Source of the DNA: Alphaproteobacteria bacterium | GTDB taxonomy: Bacteria > Pseudomonadota > Alphaproteobacteria > SHVV01 | DNA length: 64,000 nt | Reading direction: 5' to 3' | Assembly: GCA_965224275.1 (NCBI GenBank) | Contig: CBDCYR010000009.1 | Coordinates: 134,864 to 198,863, forward strand | Translations under genes and position numbers: made by a program | Part shown: positions 60,000 to 64,000 of the stretch, one piece after another | Numbering within the stretch: position 1 is the stretch's first letter | Layout of the letters: each line of letters begins with the position of its first letter | Notes under the pieces: model-generated | Databases searched by the model: none | What the model was told of the DNA's origin: nothing | Seen by the model: the letters and a program-made list of their open reading frames with translations, nothing else

Positions 60000-61530
60000 G
60001 TGAGCGATCGGTTGCGCGCGGATCTTTGCGTGATCGGTGCCGGCTCGGGCGGGCTGACGGTCGCGGCGGGTGCGAGCCAGATGGGTGCCGACACCATCCT
60101 CATCGAAAAAGGACTGATGGGCGGCGATTGCCTCAATTATGGATGCGTCCCCTCAAAGGCCTTGCTCGCCGCGGCCCGCGAGGCTCAGACCGTCCGCGGC
60201 GCCGGTCGTTTCGGTATCAACAGCCCCGAGCCGCAGGTCGATTTCGCAAAAGTCCATGCCCACGTTCACGATGTAATTGCCGGTATCGCACCTCATGATT
60301 CGGTGGAACGCTTTACCGGGCTCGGCGTTCGCGTGCTGCAGGGGCACGCATCCTTCATCAGTCCGCGCGAGGTCGAAGTAGCCGGTCATCAGATCGTGGG
60401 CGGCGCGGTCGAGGTGGACGAGGCTCGCCGCCTGATCCCTTCGTTGTGACCACCAGCCGGCATCGTCATGCCACGAGTGCATCGCGTGGCCGCTCTGCTT
60501 GATCGCTGGTGGCTGGGCATCCACCATGGGATCATCGCCGGCGATTCCACCGGTGCCGGGGCTTTCGGAGACCGACTTCTTCACCAATGAAACGATATTC
60601 GAGCAAACCACCCTACCCGAGCATCTGCTCGTCATTGGTGGGGGACCAATCGGCCTCGAACTGGCGCAAGCCTTCCGCCGGCTCGGCGCGAAGGTGACCG
60701 TTTTTGAGATGCTCCAGGCGCTGTCGGCCGATGACAATGAGGTGGCCGAAATCGTCGTGACCCAGCTGCGCCGTGAAGGGGTCGAAATTCACGAACGCAC
60801 CAAGGTGGTGCGGGTCGAGGACAACAGCCCGAGCTTACGGATCGTTGCCGAGGGTCCCGCGGGTGGGGTAACGGCGACGGGTTCCCACATATTGGTCGCG
60901 GCCGGACGCCAGCCAAATGCGGAAGGAATCGGTCTCAGCGCGGCCGGTATCGACACTTCGGCGCGCGGGATCACCGTCGACGATCGGCTGCGCACCACCA
61001 ACAGGAACGTCTTTGCGATCGGTGATGTCGCGGGTCACCTTCAGTTCACTCATGTCGCCGGCTATCACGCATCAGTGGTGCTGCGTAACGCTCTATTCCC
61101 CTTCAAGACCCGCGTCCGGCATCAGAATATCCCCTGGGTCACGTTTACCGATCCGGAACTCGCCCACGTTGGCTTGCATGAAGCGATGATCACGGATGAA
61201 CCGCGTGACATTCGCGTCCTGCGATGGCCATTCTCGGAGAACGACCGGGCTATGGCCGACCGCAACGAGAATGGATTGATCAAGGTCCTTACCAATAAGA
61301 AAGGCCGTATCCTGGGTGCGACGATCGTCGGGCCTCACGCCGGCGAGTTAATTGCGCCGTGGGCGTTGGCGCTCAGCCATGGTTTCAAAATTGGCGCCAT
61401 GGCGAGTTTGATCGCGCCCTATCCAACCTATGGCGAAGTCAGCAAGCGTGCGGCCGGCTCCTATTACACGCCCACTCTGTTTGGGCCACGCATGCAGAAA
61501 TTGGTTCGACTGCTTTCACGACTGCCTTAG
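60000..61530 (+). pseudogene. class I pyridine nucleotide-disulfide oxidoreductase (dihydrolipoyl dehydrogenase / mercuric reductase-like), apparently disrupted between about 60436 and 60505
   Basis: ORF 60000..60449 carries the FAD-binding GAGSGG motif and the redox-active CLNYGCVPSK disulfide. ORF 60499..61530 (different frame) carries the NAD-binding domain (LLVIGGGPIGLELAQA) and dimerisation domain (PWVTFTDPELAHVGL...). The conserved block GSSPAIPPVPGL is in frame 1 while the upstream half ends at TGA 60446. Deleting 65 bp (60440..60504, flanked by ctgatc/ttgatc) rejoins the frames. Confidence 0.55.
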
Positions 61531-61607
61531 TTTTCACTTGGCGGTGAGCGCTAAAATGGCTGCTTAATTGGATACAAATGGGGAATTGAAATAGCATTCG
61601 AGGTGTT

Positions 61608-63029
61608 ATGACCAATGCGATGAAACCATCATCGGGTCTGTTCAAAAGCCTATCGGTGCGGCTTGTGGTGCTGACGATTGGATTCGTCATGCTCGCCGAG
61701 GTGCTAATTTTTGTGCCCTCGATCGCGCGGTTTCGACTGGTTTACATGGAAGAGCGGATCGACGCGGCGCACTTGGCATCGCTGGCACTAGAGGCAACCC
61801 CCAATCAGATCGTCAGTCCGGAACTCGAAGCGCAATTGTTGACCCGCGCGATGGTGCATGCCGTCGTCATTAAGCGGCTGGAATCGAGGAGCTTGATGCT
61901 TGGCGGTGATATGCCGCCGGCAATCGATGCCGACTACGATCTGCGCCGGGCCACACCGACCACGCTAATCGCGGATGCGTTCATGGCGCTGTTGCCATGG
62001 CACGATCGGGTCATTCGCGTCGACGGTCTGGTTGGCGCCGATCCAAATGTCGTTGTGCAAGTGATTATCGATGAGAAACCGATGCAGGCCGCGATGTACG
62101 ATTATGCGGGTCGGATCATCACCCTCTCGATTGTTATCTCGCTGATTACGGCGGTGCTGGTCTATTTCAGCCTGCATTGGTTGATGGTTCGACCGATGCG
62201 CCGGATCACCCAAAGCATGGTTGATTTCCGAGACGATCCGGAGGATCCGTCACGAACGATCGCGATGTCCGATCGCAGCGACGAAGTTGGCATTGCCGAG
62301 CGCGAACTTGCGGACATGCAATCACAACTGCGTTCCGCATTGCGCCAGAAAACCCATCTCGCGGCATTGGGCACGGCGGTGGCTAAGATCAATCACGATC
62401 TGCGCAATATTCTAGCGACCGCGCAGTTGGTGTCTGACCGGCTGGCGGGGAGCGAAGACCCGGAAGTCAAGCGCGTGGCGCCAACCCTGGTTCGCTCGCT
62501 CGATCGCGCCGTGGCATTGTGCACCAATACGCTGCGCTATGGCCGTGCCGAGGAGGCAAAGCCGAGCCGCGTGCCGTTCGAATTGCAGGCGCTGATCGAT
62601 GATGTGACGGTCGCTCTGGGGCTATCGTTGCCGGTTGGCGTTGAGGTTGAAAACGAGGTCAGTGCCAACTTCGTAATCAACGCCGATCGCGAACAAATCT
62701 TCCGTGTGATCCTAAATCTGACCCGCAACGCCGCCGATGCGTTAAGCGGAACCGACGGCGGCAAGATCACAATGCAGGCAAGCCGCGACAATGGGTTCGT
62801 CGAAATTCGCATCGAAGATAACGGTCCGGGCGTGCAGGAGGAGGCGCAGGAGGGACTGTTTGAGGCGTTCAGCGGGTCGTCTCGCAGCGCCGGGACCGGT
62901 CTCGGCCTGGCGATTGCAAAGGATCTCATGGTTGGCCATGGCGGCGACGTCAAACTGCTGGAGACCGGCCCGGAGGGGACGGTTTTTCAGTTGATAATGC
63001 CGGATGCGCAATCGGTTTCGGCGGCCTAG
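61608..63029 (+). CDS. sensor histidine kinase (two TM segments, HAMP-like linker, HisKA and HATPase_c)
   Basis: H-box (KTHLAALGTAVAKINHDLRN) and ATPase N/G boxes (ILNLTRNAADAL, EDNGPGV, GTGLGLAI); no adjacent response regulator in the window. Confidence 0.8.
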   Translation: MTNAMKPSSGLFKSLSVRLVVLTIGFVMLAEVLIFVPSIARFRLVYMEERIDAAHLASLALEATPNQIVSPELEAQLLTRAMVHAVVIKRLESRSLMLGGDMPPAIDADYDLRRATPTTLIADAFMALLPWHDRVIRVDGLVGADPNVVVQVIIDEKPMQAAMYDYAGRIITLSIVISLITAVLVYFSLHWLMVRPMRRITQSMVDFRDDPEDPSRTIAMSDRSDEVGIAERELADMQSQLRSALRQKTHLAALGTAVAKINHDLRNILATAQLVSDRLAGSEDPEVKRVAPTLVRSLDRAVALCTNTLRYGRAEEAKPSRVPFELQALIDDVTVALGLSLPVGVEVENEVSANFVINADREQIFRVILNLTRNAADALSGTDGGKITMQASRDNGFVEIRIEDNGPGVQEEAQEGLFEAFSGSSRSAGTGLGLAIAKDLMVGHGGDVKLLETGPEGTVFQLIMPDAQSVSAA

Positions 63030-63116
63030 CCGCCCAAAAACAACGCGATAAAAGGGAATCTGCTCGCGTGGGGGCGCTCGACGGAACCGACGGATGCCAG
63101 GTAAGACGTTGATATT

Positions 63117-63437
63117 ATGAGAAAGATAGGAACGATCGCCGTTCTCTTAGTGAGCGCGTCGCTGCTTGGCGGCTGTGGCGTGGCCGCCGTGACGATGATC
63201 GACGAAACCATGTCGAGTTTCACCGGTAAAGAATGCCGGGTTCGGCACGTTTTCCAAGACGACAAGGCGATTTGCTATGAGGCGGTGGCCCTTCCGGAGG
63301 GTCCACGCGTGTACTGCTACCGTACCCTCGGCGGCATCGATTGCTACCGCGAACCCAACCCACTTGGTGGTGCCGAGTTCAAAGTCGAGCCGAAAGGCCC
63401 CCTCGGTGGCCTGCCACCGTTCGGGGTCGGCTCGTAG
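63117..63437 (+). CDS. hypothetical lipoprotein
   Basis: Signal peptide with lipobox (AVLLVSASLLGGC); 106 aa with four further Cys residues. Confidence 0.5.
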   Translation: MRKIGTIAVLLVSASLLGGCGVAAVTMIDETMSSFTGKECRVRHVFQDDKAICYEAVALPEGPRVYCYRTLGGIDCYREPNPLGGAEFKVEPKGPLGGLPPFGVGS

Positions 63438-63473
63438 ACTGGTCCGTCCCGGCCAAGCTGCAATCAATAACGC

Positions 63474-64000
63474 CTAATCGCCGCGCGCCACGCCTTCTCG
63501 GCGGGGATCGGCGCCGCCCTGCAACCCGTTCCAGACTCGCTCGATTCCATGCAGCCCGCTATTGAGGCCGCGCACGGCCACTTTGTGTCCGAGCGTCTCG
63601 AGCGCCGGTGCGATCGCCGCGATCGCGGTATCCGCCTCGAGATCGGTTTTGCGGTTGCGGTTGGTGTGATGCGGTAGATCGATCGCCGCCTGGATATCAA
63701 AGCCCCAGTCGAGAACCGCAATGATGGTTTTGGCGACGTAAGGAATGATGCGGCTGCCGCCCGGCGAACCGATCACAAGTTTCAGGCTGCCATCGGCGTT
63801 GAGCACGATCGTCGGCGACATCGAACTGCGCGGGCGTTTGCCTGGCTCGACTCGATTGGCAATCGGTTGACCCTCGCGTGATGGCACAAATGAAAAGTCG
63901 GTGAGTTCATTGTTAAGCAGGAAACCCCCGACCATGAGGCGCGAGCCAAACGCGTTTTCTATGCTCGACGTCATGGAGACGGCGCTGCCGCGCGAGTCAA
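63474..64000 (-). CDS. ggt: gamma-glutamyltransferase, C-terminal (small subunit) part; the gene starts beyond the window end
   Basis: GGT small-subunit region (TSSIENAFGSRLMVGGFLLNNELTDFSF...GSPGGSRII...) open to the window edge; the catalytic Thr of the small subunit would be just upstream of this segment. Confidence 0.8.
   Translation of the reverse strand, partial: DSRGSAVSMTSSIENAFGSRLMVGGFLLNNELTDFSFVPSREGQPIANRVEPGKRPRSSMSPTIVLNADGSLKLVIGSPGGSRIIPYVAKTIIAVLDWGFDIQAAIDLPHHTNRNRKTDLEADTAIAAIAPALETLGHKVAVRGLNSGLHGIERVWNGLQGGADPRREGVARGD

Overview
This window reads as a chromosomal segment from a GC-rich alphaproteobacterium, mostly conserved housekeeping synteny with several accessory islands in between.

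Housekeeping blocks:
- thrS(3' part)-infC-rpmI-rplT-pheS-pheT-lepA
- SRP RNA (ffs)-dnaX-ybaB-recR, then rmuC, def-fmt-truA
- dapE-dapD
- argB-engB-yidC-yidD-rnpA-rpmH

Accessory and unusual content:
- A tRNA-Ser(GGA) followed by a GIY-YIG nuclease gene that an IS5-family insertion sequence has split in two.
- An ArsR/SmtB repressor and a short CDF metal transporter sitting behind a perfect 34-bp AT-only palindrome.
- A catabolic-looking cluster with a Rieske dioxygenase alpha subunit, two beta/NTF2-like subunits, two VOC proteins, MmcQ and two GSTs. The lead GST is omega-class-like and has an in-frame TGA exactly at the catalytic cysteine codon, so it is either a selenocysteine candidate or a pseudogene.
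- A composite peptide-uptake locus: yejA, then a complete 5-gene Dpp/Opp-like ABC operon with its own binding protein, a terminator, then yejBEF.
- A c-di-GMP module (EAL protein, PAS/GAF-GGDEF protein, DUF2336-like protein).
- A TVP38/DedA membrane protein next to an apparently disrupted class I pyridine nucleotide-disulfide oxidoreductase, a histidine kinase, and the 3' part of ggt at the window end.

A short palindromic motif, CTAGTGGAT-N3-ATCCACTAG, recurs at several gene 3' ends. No CRISPR array, restriction-modification or other canonical defence system is visible. All calls come from reading the sequence and the supplied ORF translations; no database search was possible.
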